A stretch of 64,000 nucleotides of DNA from contig JBDRIA010000064.1 of assembly GCA_043816345.1 (NCBI GenBank), positions 9,759-73,758 of the forward strand, read 5' to 3'. Made by a program: the position numbers and the translations under genes. The stretch is from Chloroflexota bacterium (GTDB lineage: Bacteria; Chloroflexota; Dehalococcoidia; Lucifugimonadales; UBA2985). Below the pieces are notes generated by a model. The model was given only the letters and a program-made list of their open reading frames with translations. It ran no database searches and was not told the origin of the DNA. Numbering within the stretch: the stretch's first letter is position 1; every line of letters begins with the position of its first letter. Of the stretch, positions 26,492 to 36,900 are shown one piece after another.

Positions 26492-27448
26492 ATGCCCACG
26501 ATTGGAGTGCCCACAGAGAAGTGGGCGGGAAAGGTAAGGGAGGTTACCCTGGGCGGTGGCTCCCGCAAGCAGGTGGTGGTGGGTGGCGAGACCACGTTGC
26601 CCTTCTTGCACTTTGAAGGCATTATACCTCATGCCCCGGTTATCGCCATTGATGTGGAGGACGTGACTCCCGATGGGTGGTCTCCTGTACTGGAGGCTGT
26701 CTGGGGCGATGTCATGCGAGAAGGGCTGGCGGCTTGGGCACGCAAGGCAGTTGACATTGGGGCCGATGTTGTGGCTCTCACTTTGCGCAGCGCGGATCCA
26801 AGCCTGGGGAATACAGGGCCCGCCGAGGCGGTGGAGGCGGTCAAGCAGGTTCTGGCGGCGGTGGATGTGCCCCTCATCGTTTACGGCCCCGGCGTAGCGG
26901 AGAAGGACAACGAGGTGCTGGTGGCGGTGGCCGACGCCACAGCGGGGGAGCGGCTGGCGCTGGGTCTGTGCGAGGAGAAGAACTACCGTACCATCGCAGC
27001 CACCTGTATGGCCAATGGCCACCTCGCCATTGCCCATACACCCATTGACATCAACCTGGCCAAGCAACTGAACATCCTAATCACTGACATGGAGTTGCCA
27101 TCTGACCGGATACTGATGGACCCGACCACAGGTTCTCTGGGCTACGGCTTGGAGTACGTGTACTCGGTGATGGAGCGCCTCCGGGTGGCGGCCCTCCAGG
27201 GGGATTCCATGACCGCCTTGCCCATGATTCTCAACCCGGGCCGGGAGGGCTGGCGCTTTAAGGAATCAAGGACTCAGGAGGGAGTCCCAGCCGAGTGGGG
27301 TGATGACCTGGAGGGGCGGGGGATCGCATGGGAGGCGACCACTGCCATAGCATTCTTAGAGGCTGGTGCTGACATTCTGGTGATGCGCCACCCCAAAACT
27401 GTGGAGCTGGTAAGGGGAGCCATCGCTAACTTGATGACTACAACCTAA
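26492..27448 (+). CDS. acsD: Corrinoid iron-sulfur protein small subunit (CdhD/AcsD-like)
   Basis: 318 aa, TIM-barrel-type CFeSP small subunit pattern. Position between acsB and acsC. Confidence 0.88.
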   Translation: MPTIGVPTEKWAGKVREVTLGGGSRKQVVVGGETTLPFLHFEGIIPHAPVIAIDVEDVTPDGWSPVLEAVWGDVMREGLAAWARKAVDIGADVVALTLRSADPSLGNTGPAEAVEAVKQVLAAVDVPLIVYGPGVAEKDNEVLVAVADATAGERLALGLCEEKNYRTIAATCMANGHLAIAHTPIDINLAKQLNILITDMELPSDRILMDPTTGSLGYGLEYVYSVMERLRVAALQGDSMTALPMILNPGREGWRFKESRTQEGVPAEWGDDLEGRGIAWEATTAIAFLEAGADILVMRHPKTVELVRGAIANLMTTT

Positions 27449-27466
27449 CACGGCGAGGTAAACATT

Positions 27467-28837
27467 ATGGCACTGTCCGGACTCGCAATCTATAAACTGC
27501 TGCCCAAGACCAACTGCAAGGAGTGTGGATTCCCAACCTGCCTGGCTTTTGCCATGAAACTGGCTCAGCAAGGAGTAGAGATCTCTGTCTGTCCCTATGT
27601 TTCGGAGGAGGCGAAACAGACCCTGGAGGCTTCCTCTCGTCCGCCCATCCAACTGGTCACTGTGGGCACTGGGGAGAGGGCCTTCTCCGTGGGCAATGAG
27701 GTGGTTCTCTTTCGCCACGAAAAAGCCTTCTACAACCCCACGGCGCTGGCGGTGCGGGTAAAGACATCGCAGCCGCGGGACGATATCACAGCCCTCGTCT
27801 CGGCGGTTGATGCCTACTGTGCGGAACGAGTTGGCATCGACATGAGGATGAATGCTATAGCTATCGATGGTGCTGATGGTGATGCCGCCGCCTTCGCCTC
27901 TTGCGTTGAGCAGGTCAAATCCATTACGGACATGCCCCTTATCCTGATGTCCAAAGACCCTGGGGTAATGGAGGCGGGTCTGGCCAAGGCTGGAGGTGGT
28001 CGTCCCCTCATCTACAGTGCCAACGCGGAGAATGTGGCCCAGATGGCCGCCCTGGCGGTGCAGTACAAGTCTCCGCTGGCGGTCTTCGGAAGTGATCTCT
28101 CTCAGGTAGCCGAGGTGGTGGAGCAGGCCAACAAGGCCGGGGTGGAGGAGTTGGTGCTGGACCCGGGGGGCCGAGGTTTTGGCGAGTCACTGACTCTCTT
28201 CACCCAGATTCGCCGACTGGCACTGAAGGCCAACGAGCGCTTGGTGGGCTACCCTGTCATAGCTTTCCCTGGAGAGGGTACCTGTTCTCCCGAAGAGGAG
28301 ATGGTTATGGCGATCCAGTCCGTCGTCAAGTACGCAGGTATTGTGGTGATGGACCATTTCGCACCCCACCATGCCTACCCGCTGATGACCCTGCGGCAGA
28401 ACATCTACACTGATCCGCAGAAACCCATTCAGGTGAAGCCAGGCGTCTATCCCATTCGCGATCCAGGCAAGGACAGCCCGGTGCTGGTCAGCACCAACTT
28501 CTCCCTCACCTATTTCTCGGTAGCGGGCGAGGTGGAGGGCAGTGGCATGCCGGCTTGGCTTGTCATCTGCGATACTGATGGGCTGTCGGTCCTCACATCC
28601 TGGGCCGCAGGAAAGTTCGACGGCGAGAAGATTGCCAAGGCCGTTACTAGCAATGAGGTAGGCGCTCGGGTGGATCACCGTTTGGTGGTGATCCCGGGTG
28701 CCGTGGCCGTGCTCTCCGGAGAGACTCAGGAGGAGTTGGCCGGTTGGACGGTTATGGTGGGACCACGGGAGAGCATAGACATTCCCAGCTATCTGAAAAA
28801 CATCTGGGTGCCCCGGTTGCAGGAGACCGTGAGGTAG
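27467..28837 (+). CDS. acsC: Corrinoid iron-sulfur protein large subunit (CdhE/AcsC-like)
   Basis: N-terminal 4Fe-4S motif LPKTNCKECGFPTCLAFAMKLA. 456 aa. Confidence 0.9.
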   Translation: MALSGLAIYKLLPKTNCKECGFPTCLAFAMKLAQQGVEISVCPYVSEEAKQTLEASSRPPIQLVTVGTGERAFSVGNEVVLFRHEKAFYNPTALAVRVKTSQPRDDITALVSAVDAYCAERVGIDMRMNAIAIDGADGDAAAFASCVEQVKSITDMPLILMSKDPGVMEAGLAKAGGGRPLIYSANAENVAQMAALAVQYKSPLAVFGSDLSQVAEVVEQANKAGVEELVLDPGGRGFGESLTLFTQIRRLALKANERLVGYPVIAFPGEGTCSPEEEMVMAIQSVVKYAGIVVMDHFAPHHAYPLMTLRQNIYTDPQKPIQVKPGVYPIRDPGKDSPVLVSTNFSLTYFSVAGEVEGSGMPAWLVICDTDGLSVLTSWAAGKFDGEKIAKAVTSNEVGARVDHRLVVIPGAVAVLSGETQEELAGWTVMVGPRESIDIPSYLKNIWVPRLQETVR

Positions 28838-28853
28838 CACTAGAGGGGTATGA

Positions 28854-29375
28854 GTGAAGAATTCGCGCAGTACTGTCACCTTCCTGCCCGACAACCGGCA
28901 ATCCATGGTAGCTGATGGCACCCTTCTTGATGACGCTATCCGGCTGGCGGGCCTGGAAGCGGATGTTCCCTGCGGTGGCCAGGGGAGGTGTGGGCGTTGC
29001 CTGGTGCGCAAGGACATCGAGTCGGTGCTCATTGGGGGCGCCTTCGGACAGCACATCAACGTAGAGAAGTCCATCCTCATTGGGCTGCTGCCCGACCTGC
29101 CGTGGGACAGGTTCCACTTCCTGGGCAACACCTCGGCCCTGGGCGCTTACCAGGTACTGGTCTCCAGACGGGCTCGACGGCAGGTGGAAGATATCGCTGG
29201 TAGAATGACGTACTTTGAGCTGGCAGAGGATAGCTCCTTCATGAACGAGTACACATCTACCCTTTTCTTGCCATATACCGATATGGAGGCGTTCCCTACA
29301 GTCAAAGAGGTGCTGGCGAAGGCTTCACGGAACGGCAGCCACGCCGTTCTCGCCGGAGAGAGGGGGGAGCGATGA
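28854..29375 (+). CDS. RACo-derived mini-protein: plant-type ferredoxin N-terminus fused directly to the extreme C-terminus of the ASKHA reductive activator (central ~450 aa missing)
   Basis: VTFLPDNRQSMVADGTLLDDAIRLAGLEADVPCGGQGRCGRCLV is the start of a 2Fe-2S domain with only 3 Cys. It is followed directly by VLIGGAFGQHINVEKSILIGLLPDLPWDRFHFLGNTSALGAYQVL...MTYFELAEDSSFMNEY, the C-terminal end of RACo/DUF4445 proteins. Confidence 0.7.
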   Translation: MKNSRSTVTFLPDNRQSMVADGTLLDDAIRLAGLEADVPCGGQGRCGRCLVRKDIESVLIGGAFGQHINVEKSILIGLLPDLPWDRFHFLGNTSALGAYQVLVSRRARRQVEDIAGRMTYFELAEDSSFMNEYTSTLFLPYTDMEAFPTVKEVLAKASRNGSHAVLAGERGER

Positions 29376-30196
29376 GCATGACGATTGCGATAGCCGGCAA
29401 AGGAGGCACGGGCAAGACCTTGATTGCCGCGTTGCTCGTGAAGCTGCTGGCCGGGAGGGGTACAGTGCTGGCCATAGACGCCGATCCCAGCGTGAACCTG
29501 CACATGGCCCTGGGCCTGGAGTTGCCGGAGACTGTAGGAGACATTCGCGAGGATCTCCTGGCCGCCGTCCAAAGTAACAGCCTGCCCCAGGGCATGAGCA
29601 AACACGATCACATGATCATGAGCATTCGCCAGGCCCTGGTGGAGTCCACCGGCCTTGATCTTCTGGCCATGGGCAGGCCCGAGGGGCCCGGCTGCTACTG
29701 CGCAGCGAACTATATTCTGCGCCTGGTCATTGACCAGTTGGCCGACAGCTACGACTATGTGGTCATCGACAACGAAGCGGGGATGGAGCACATCAGCCGG
29801 CAGACCACCAGGGATGTCCATATCCTGCTTCTGGTGTCCGACCCCACGGTCCGGGGTGTCACTGCGGCGGGTCGGATGCAGGAGTTGATCAAAGAACTGC
29901 GCACCACGGTTGACCAGGTATATCTGGTGGTCAACAGGGTCAATGGAGCGCTCCCACCGGAGGTCGAGAAGGTCATTGGGGAACAGGGGCTGTCGCTCCT
30001 GGCCACTATCCCTTTCGACGAGGAGGTGGGAGAACTGGATGCCATGGGGCGTCCCCTGGTGGAGCTACCGCCTGATTCGCCGGTTCAGAAGGCGGTCCGG
30101 TGGCTGGCACATGAGTTGGGGCTGGCAAAGCTGGAGGAGCCGGTGGTGGTGGCGTTGCCGGCCGATCCGTCCAAGACAGGCGTGAGAAAACCATAA
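29372..30196 (+). CDS. cooC: CooC/AcsF-type Ni-insertion ATPase for CODH/ACS
   Basis: Deviant Walker A IAIAGKGGTGKT and CxC-containing MinD/CooC-family layout (GPGCYCAAN). Confidence 0.9.
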   Translation: MSMTIAIAGKGGTGKTLIAALLVKLLAGRGTVLAIDADPSVNLHMALGLELPETVGDIREDLLAAVQSNSLPQGMSKHDHMIMSIRQALVESTGLDLLAMGRPEGPGCYCAANYILRLVIDQLADSYDYVVIDNEAGMEHISRQTTRDVHILLLVSDPTVRGVTAAGRMQELIKELRTTVDQVYLVVNRVNGALPPEVEKVIGEQGLSLLATIPFDEEVGELDAMGRPLVELPPDSPVQKAVRWLAHELGLAKLEEPVVVALPADPSKTGVRKP

Positions 30197-30208
30197 GGAG
30201 CAAACCCA

Positions 30209-31129
30209 ATGATAGTGATAGGCGAGTCCATCCACGTTATCTCAACCAGGGTCAGAACGGCCCTGGATGAAAGGGACAAGGCGCCGCTCCAGGACCTGGC
30301 GACCCGCCAGGTGCAGAACGGGGCACACATGCTGGACCTGAACATCGGGCCGCAGAGGCGAGAGGGCCACGAGATCATGCCCTGGCTGGTGGATGTCATC
30401 CAGGAGGTAGTGGATGTTCCCCTGTGCCTGGACACCACCAATGTGGCGGCCTTGGAGGCCGGCCTGCAGCGGTGCAGGCACAAAGCCCTGATCAACAGCA
30501 CCGATGCCACCGAGGCCCGCATGAGCAACATGATGCCGCTGGCGGCCAAGTACGACGCCAACCTCATTGCTCTGGCCCTGGGACAGTCGGGCCTCCCTTC
30601 TACTGCAGAGGCCAGGTTGGAGATAGTCATGGCCAGCATAATCCCGACCGCGGAGCAGTACGGACTGTCCACGGAGAACCTGTACCTGGACCCGCTGGCG
30701 TTGACGGTTAATGGGATGCAGGACCAGGCCATACCGGCAGTTTTGGCAGTGGACTACTTCAAGCAGGTGGCCGTGCCCTCTCCCAAGACAACCTGTGGAA
30801 TATCCAATGTCTCCAATACTACTCCCAGCGAGAATCGATCCCTCCTTAACCGGGTGTTTTTGGCTATGATGTATGGTGCGGGTATTGCCGCGCCCATTCT
30901 CAACGCGCTGGACGATGATCTGATGTGGGTTGTTAAGATTCTCGAGAGCAGGGATGCCTCCACCCCCAAGGGGCAGCTCTATCTGGCCCTGGCGGATGCC
31001 GTGACCGCGGGCGAGGAGTTTCAAGTGGAGCCCGCGATGCTGGAGGACCCGGAGACCAAGGACATAGCCAAGACCATAAACATCATGTACAACCGCCAGA
31101 TATATGCCCACTCTTACCTGGCGCTGTAG
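30209..31129 (+). CDS. acsE: Methyltetrahydrofolate:corrinoid/iron-sulfur protein methyltransferase
   Basis: Pterin-binding (DHPS-like) TIM barrel: IGESIHV, LDLNIGP, CLDTTN, INST, LDPL, GISNVS. Confidence 0.9.
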   Translation: MIVIGESIHVISTRVRTALDERDKAPLQDLATRQVQNGAHMLDLNIGPQRREGHEIMPWLVDVIQEVVDVPLCLDTTNVAALEAGLQRCRHKALINSTDATEARMSNMMPLAAKYDANLIALALGQSGLPSTAEARLEIVMASIIPTAEQYGLSTENLYLDPLALTVNGMQDQAIPAVLAVDYFKQVAVPSPKTTCGISNVSNTTPSENRSLLNRVFLAMMYGAGIAAPILNALDDDLMWVVKILESRDASTPKGQLYLALADAVTAGEEFQVEPAMLEDPETKDIAKTINIMYNRQIYAHSYLAL

Positions 31130-31149
31130 TAGGGCAGGAGAGACAGAGG

Positions 31150-32031
31150 ATGGTTTCACAGAGAAACGAGGCTAAGATAGTAGGGGCAGCCCTGGTAGTG
31201 GGTGGTGGCATCGCGGGAATGCAGGCCGCTCTGGACCTGGCCGAGTCGGATATACAGGTCTATCTGCTGGAGAAGTCCCCCTGGATTGGCGGGCGCATGG
31301 CCCAGCTGGACAAGACCTTTCCCACCAACGACTGCGCCATGTGCATCATGGCACCCCGGCTGGTGGAGTGCTCCCGTCATCACAACATCGAGATCATCAG
31401 CAATGCCGACCTGGTGAAGCTCACCGGCCAGGCCGGAGACTTCACCGCCACCATCCGCAGGCGCGCCCGACACGTGGACGAGGAGAAGTGCACCGGCTGT
31501 GAGGAGTGCACCCTGAACTGCCCAGTACAATACATACCCTACAGTTCGCCGGTGGAGGTGGCCGAGCCAGAGATCACGCCAGAGGACAGGGAAAAGGTCG
31601 ACCAGTTCCTAGACCAGTATAAATACAAGAGAGCACCCCTGATTCCGGTGCTCCAGGGCATCAACGCCTGGTACAACTACCTGCCTCCTGAGACGCTTTA
31701 CTACGTCAGCCGCCGCTTGGGAATCCCCTTGGCCCACATCCTCCGGGTGGCCACCTTCTACGCCCTGTTCAGCCTCAAACCCCGTGGTAAGCACGTTATC
31801 TCGGTATGTCACGGTACCGCCTGTTTCGTACGCGGCGCCGAAAGGCTTACGGACAGATTGCAGGAGGAGCTAGGCATCGGTATTGGCGAGGTAACCGAGG
31901 ACGGTGAGTTCAGCCTGGAGACGGTGCGCTGTATTGGCTGCTGCGCCCTGGCCCCGGTGATGAAGGTGGGTGAAGAAGTCCACGGGAAATTGCATCCTAA
32001 GGAAGTAACCACGGTCTTGAAGGGACATTGA
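31150..32031 (+). CDS. Chimeric protein: first ~125 aa of the HdrA FAD-binding domain fused to a NuoE-type [2Fe-2S] domain
   Basis: VVGGGIAGMQAALDLAE..YLLEKSPWIGGRMAQLDKTFPTNDCAMCIMAP...VDEEKCTGCEECTLNCPV (the start of HdrA), then PLIPVLQGINAWYNYLP...VATFYALFSLKPRGKHVISVCHGTACFVRGA...CIGCCALAPV (NuoE). Confidence 0.85.
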   Translation: MVSQRNEAKIVGAALVVGGGIAGMQAALDLAESDIQVYLLEKSPWIGGRMAQLDKTFPTNDCAMCIMAPRLVECSRHHNIEIISNADLVKLTGQAGDFTATIRRRARHVDEEKCTGCEECTLNCPVQYIPYSSPVEVAEPEITPEDREKVDQFLDQYKYKRAPLIPVLQGINAWYNYLPPETLYYVSRRLGIPLAHILRVATFYALFSLKPRGKHVISVCHGTACFVRGAERLTDRLQEELGIGIGEVTEDGEFSLETVRCIGCCALAPVMKVGEEVHGKLHPKEVTTVLKGH

Positions 32032-32032
32032 C

Positions 32033-33904
32033 ATGGTAACCAACGGTCGCTGCACTATCCTCGTCTGTCAAGGGACGGGGTGTGTCTCCGCCCGGTCGCC
32101 CGAGGTCCAAGAGGCTCTGGAGAGTGGCATAAAGGCTTCGGGCCTGGGAGACCAGGTAGAGGTAAAGCTCAGTGGCTGCCATGGCTTCTGCGAGCAGGGC
32201 CCTTTGCTGGCCCTAGAGCCTGAGGGATTCCTCTACACCCATGTCAAAAGGGATGATGTCCCCGAGATTGTTTCGGACCACTTGGAAAACGGGAAACCCG
32301 TAGAGCGCCTTTTCTACCGGGACCCACTGACCAAGGAGCCAATCCCCTACTACCGGGATATTGCCTTCTACAGCAGGCAGACGCGGTTCCTCCTGCGTAA
32401 CTGTGGTCACATCAACCCTGAGAAGATCGAGGACTACATCGCCCTCGGCGGCTACCAGGCTCTCAGGAAAGCCCTTGCCGAGATGACTTCCGACCAAGTG
32501 CTCGAAGAGGTGAGCCGCTCTGGGCTGAGAGGGAGGGGTGGTGCCGGGTTTCCCACGGGAAGGAAATGGGCGTTCTGCCGCCAGGCCCATGGGGAGCCCA
32601 AGTACGTCATCTGCAATGCCGACGAGGGAGACCCCGGTGCCTACATGGATCGGAGCATTCTGGAGACCGACCCGCATGGCGTTATTGAGGGGATGGTGAT
32701 AGGGGCCTATGCCATCGGCGCCAGTTCAGGGGTTATCTTCGTGCGGGCCGAGTATCCCCTGGCTGTGAATAGGGTGAGGACAGCCCTGAGCCAGGCCCAG
32801 GAGCACGGATTCCTCGGCGAGAACATCCTGGGCTCTGGTTTCGACTTCTCCATTGACATCGAATGCGGCTCGGGGGCCTTTGTCTCTGGGGAGGAGACGG
32901 CCCTCATAGCCTCCATCGAGGGCCTGAGCGGGGAGCCCCGCGAGCGTCCTCCTTTCCCTGCCCAGAGGGGCCTTTGGGGGAAACCCACAAACATCAACAA
33001 CGTGAAGACGTGGGCAAGTGTCCCCCTCATCGTTTCCAGGGGGGCAGACTGGTACTCCCAGATCGGCACCGAGCAAAGCAAGGGGACAATGGTCTTCTCC
33101 CTGGTGGGCAAGGTCCGGAACAGCGGGTTGGTGGAAGTGCCCATGGGGACATCCTTGCACTCCCTCGTTTTCGATATCGGCGGAGGCATCCCAGAGGACA
33201 GGGGGTTCAAGGCCGTCCAGACGGGAGGTCCCTCCGGCGGCTGCATCCCCGCTGACCTGGCAGACATGCCGGTGGACTATGAGAGGCTGACCGAGGCTGG
33301 CTCCATTATGGGATCGGGTGGCCTGGTGGTCCTGGACGAGGACACCTGCATGGTGGATGTGGCCAAATACTTCATCTCTTTCACCGTGGAGGAGTCCTGT
33401 GGAAAGTGCGTTCCCTGCCGGGAAGGGGTGCGGCGGATGCACGAGATCCTCACCGACATCACCGAAGGACGGGGCCGGGAAGAGGACATCGAGCTGCTGG
33501 AGGAGATGGGCAATACCATCATCGACTCCTCTCTCTGTGGCCTGGGAGGCTCTGCACCCAACCCAGTGCTCACCACCATACGCTACTTCGCGGACGAGTA
33601 CCGGGCCCACATCCTGGAGAAACGGTGCCCCGCCTTTGCCTGCAAGGCGCTCACCTCCTATTATATTGATCCCTCCAAATGTCAGGCCTGTCTCATTTGC
33701 TCCAGGGAGTGCCCGGCGGAGGCGGTCATCGGGGCCAGGGACCAGATCCACATCATCGACCAGGAGAAGTGCACCAAGTGCGGCACCTGCTACGACGTGT
33801 GTCCCAAGCGTTTCAGCGCGGTAATTCGCCTGTCCGGCGTGCCGGTGCCGGAACCAATTCCTGAGGATGAGAGGGTTGTGGTTAGGGCCAGAAGGGCCGG
33901 ATAG
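32033..33904 (+). CDS. HydB/NuoF-type NADH-binding FMN iron-sulfur subunit with N-terminal [2Fe-2S] and C-terminal 2x[4Fe-4S] domains
   Basis: CQGTGC...CHGFCEQGP (thioredoxin-like 2Fe-2S). GRGGAGFPTGRKW, ICNADEGDPGAYMDR, SGEETALIASIEG and ESCGKCVPCREG. C-terminal CQACLICSRECP and CTKCGTCYDVCP. Confidence 0.9.
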   Translation: MVTNGRCTILVCQGTGCVSARSPEVQEALESGIKASGLGDQVEVKLSGCHGFCEQGPLLALEPEGFLYTHVKRDDVPEIVSDHLENGKPVERLFYRDPLTKEPIPYYRDIAFYSRQTRFLLRNCGHINPEKIEDYIALGGYQALRKALAEMTSDQVLEEVSRSGLRGRGGAGFPTGRKWAFCRQAHGEPKYVICNADEGDPGAYMDRSILETDPHGVIEGMVIGAYAIGASSGVIFVRAEYPLAVNRVRTALSQAQEHGFLGENILGSGFDFSIDIECGSGAFVSGEETALIASIEGLSGEPRERPPFPAQRGLWGKPTNINNVKTWASVPLIVSRGADWYSQIGTEQSKGTMVFSLVGKVRNSGLVEVPMGTSLHSLVFDIGGGIPEDRGFKAVQTGGPSGGCIPADLADMPVDYERLTEAGSIMGSGGLVVLDEDTCMVDVAKYFISFTVEESCGKCVPCREGVRRMHEILTDITEGRGREEDIELLEEMGNTIIDSSLCGLGGSAPNPVLTTIRYFADEYRAHILEKRCPAFACKALTSYYIDPSKCQACLICSRECPAEAVIGARDQIHIIDQEKCTKCGTCYDVCPKRFSAVIRLSGVPVPEPIPEDERVVVRARRAG

Positions 33905-33915
33905 AGGGAGAGGCT

Positions 33916-36900
33916 ATGGTCAGGTTCACTATAGACGGGCGCGAGGTTGAGGCGGAGTCGGGTAGGACTATCCTTGAGGTCGCCAGCGCCCAGGGTATCA
34001 ACATACCAACACTGTGCTATCACAAGGGCCTCCTCCCGGAGGGAGCCTGCCGGTTGTGCGTGGTGGAGATCGCCGGGAGGTCCAGGCTAAGCGCCTCCTG
34101 TAGCTATCCTGTGGAGGAGGGAATAGAGGTAAAGACCGACTCCCCACGGGTGGTCAAGGCGCGCCGGCTGGTGGCTGAGATGCTCTGCCTGCGATGTCCC
34201 GAGGTGCCCCGCGTCCAGGAACTGGCGCGGGAGTTTGGCGCCGACGAGGCCAGGCTCAAGCGGTTCACTCCCGACAACGAAACTTGTATCCTATGTGGCC
34301 TGTGCATCCGCATATGCAAGGAGCGGATGGGGGTCAACGCCATTGACTTCGTCAACCGCGGCTCAACGCGCAAGGTGAGCCCTCCCTTCGACCGATTCTC
34401 TCCCATTTGCCTTACCTGCGGGGCCTGCGTCTCCGTCTGTCCCCTGTCCACCCACGAGCTTTCAGGGATCACCGATAGGGAGCTCAGGCCCATCCTTTCG
34501 GAGCACGACGCCGGGCTGGCCCAGCGTGGCTCCATCTACATCTCGTTTGCCCAGGCCATACCCAAGGTCCCGGTCATTGATAGGGACACCTGCCTCTATT
34601 TCCAGCGGGGCTCTTGCAAGACCTGCGAGGCCTTCTGCGGTCCCGGAGCCATCAACTACGACCAGAAGGACGAGATGATGGATGTAGGCGTTGGAGCGGT
34701 TATCCTTGCCCCTGGCAGCGACGTGTACGACGCCGGGCTCTCCGAGGAGTTCGGCTTCGGGCGGTACCCCAACGTGGTCACCAGCCTCCAGTTCGAGCGG
34801 CTCCTCAGCGCGGCCGGGCCTACCCAGGGCCACATTCTACGCACTTCGGACGCTGAGGAGCCCAGAAGGATTGCCTGGCTCCAGTGCATTGGCTCTCGGG
34901 ACCAGGAGCACTCGTACTGCTCGGCGGTGTGTTGCATGTACGCCACCAAGGAGGCGACACTGGCCAGGGAGCACCTGTCCCCCGATGCCGAACTTTCCGT
35001 CTTCCTCATGGACCTGCGGGCTTTCGGCAAGGGGTTTGACGCTTACTTCCGGCGCGCTCAGGAGCAGGGCATCCGGTACGTCCACTGCCGCGCCTCCGCT
35101 CTGAAAGAGTTGCCCAGTAGCAAGAACCTGGAGTTCCAGTACGAAGACGAAACGGGGGAGCTACTCACCGAGGAGTTCGACATGGTGGTACTCTCCGTTG
35201 GGCTTACTGCTCCCAAGGGCGTGGAGGAGCTTGCCTCCGTTGCGGGGGTGAATCTGGACGATTTTGGCTTCGGCGCCGCCTTGCCTGCGACGCCCCTGGA
35301 GACGGCTCGCCCGGGCGTCTACATGGGTGGGGCCTTCCGTGGGCCCAAGGATATCCCAGATTCGGTAATGGAAGCCAGCGGAGCCGCGGGCGAGGTGCAG
35401 AGACTCCTTGCCCCGGTTCGCGGAACCCTGGTCAGGCCAAGGGAGTTTCCACCGGAGCTACCCCTGGATGGCCAGGAGCCACGGGTGGGCGTCTTCGTGT
35501 GCCACTGCGGCTCCAATATTGCCGGGGTAATTGATGTGGCAGAGGTGGCACGCTTTGCCAGCGAGCTTCCCCACGTGGTCTACACCGACCACGTTATGTT
35601 TGCCTGCTCCACGGATTCCCTCAAGGCCATGTGCGATGCCATCGCCGAGCACCGCCTGAACCGCGTGGTAGTGGCGAGCTGCACTCCCCGCACCCACGAG
35701 CCTCTGTTTCAGGAGAACATCCGGGAGGCGGGGCTGAACCCCTATCTGTTCGAGATGGCTAACATACGCGATCAGTGTAGCTGGGTGCATGGCGATGTTC
35801 CCGAGGAGGCCACGGCAAAGGCCAAAATGCTGGTGGCCATGGCGGTATCCCGTGCCTGCCATCTTGAACCGCTATACCAGCTTTCCCAGGGGCTAAGCAA
35901 TCATGCCCTGGTGGTGGGCGGCGGCGTGTCCGGAGTAACGGCGGCCCTCTCCCTGGCCGAGCAGGGCTTTCCCGTTTCCCTGGTGGAGCGGGAACCCCAG
36001 CTTGGGGGCCTGCTGTTAGAGCACGACACCCTGACCTCTGGCTTGAACAGCCGTGAGCTGGTATCCCAGCTCCTGGAGCGGGTGCAAGCCAACGACAACA
36101 TCGAGGTCCTGACCGATTGCGAGGTGGTGAAGTTCATAGGTTTCGTGGGCAACTTCAAGACCACGGTGGCCAGCCGCGGCGATCCGACCCAGCGCCTCAT
36201 TGAGCATGGCGTTATCATCATCGCCACCGGCGGCCGGGAGTACCGTGGGGACGACTACCTGCTTGGCCAGCACCCCGCGGCAATGACCATGGGCGACCTG
36301 GAGAAGGCGTTTCAGGCCGACGACTCAAGGCTGAGGCAGGCGAAGCGCATCGTGATCATCCAGTGTGTTGGACCGTGGGAGGAGCAGCCCTTCTACTGTA
36401 GTCGTGTCTGCTGTACCGTTACCATGAAGAACGTCCTCAAGCTCAAGGAGTTGAATCCCTCCTGCCAGGTGTTCGTACTGTACAAGGACATTCGCACCTA
36501 CGGCACCCGAGAAGAGATGTACACCGAAGCCAGGCAATCAGGGGCCATCTTCGTGCGCTACTCCGATGAGGATCTGCCGATTGTGCAACCGGCGGGAGAG
36601 GTGATTGAGGTCTCTTTCACGGAGCCGAGCCTGAAGGAGCGGTTCACGCTTACTGCCGACCTTCTGGTCTCCTCCACGGCTATAGTGCCCTCGAAGGGGG
36701 CCGAGGAGCTGAGCAAGGTCTTCAAGGTACCTCAGACCCAGGAAGGGTTCTTCCAGGAGGCCCACAGCAAGCTGCGCCCGGTGGACTTCGCCTCGGACGG
36801 TGCTTTCCTGTGCGGCGTGACCCACTACCCCAAGTCCGTGGAGGAGGCCATGATCCAGGGGAAGGCGGCCGCCGCCCGGGCCAGCCGGATCATCGGCAAG

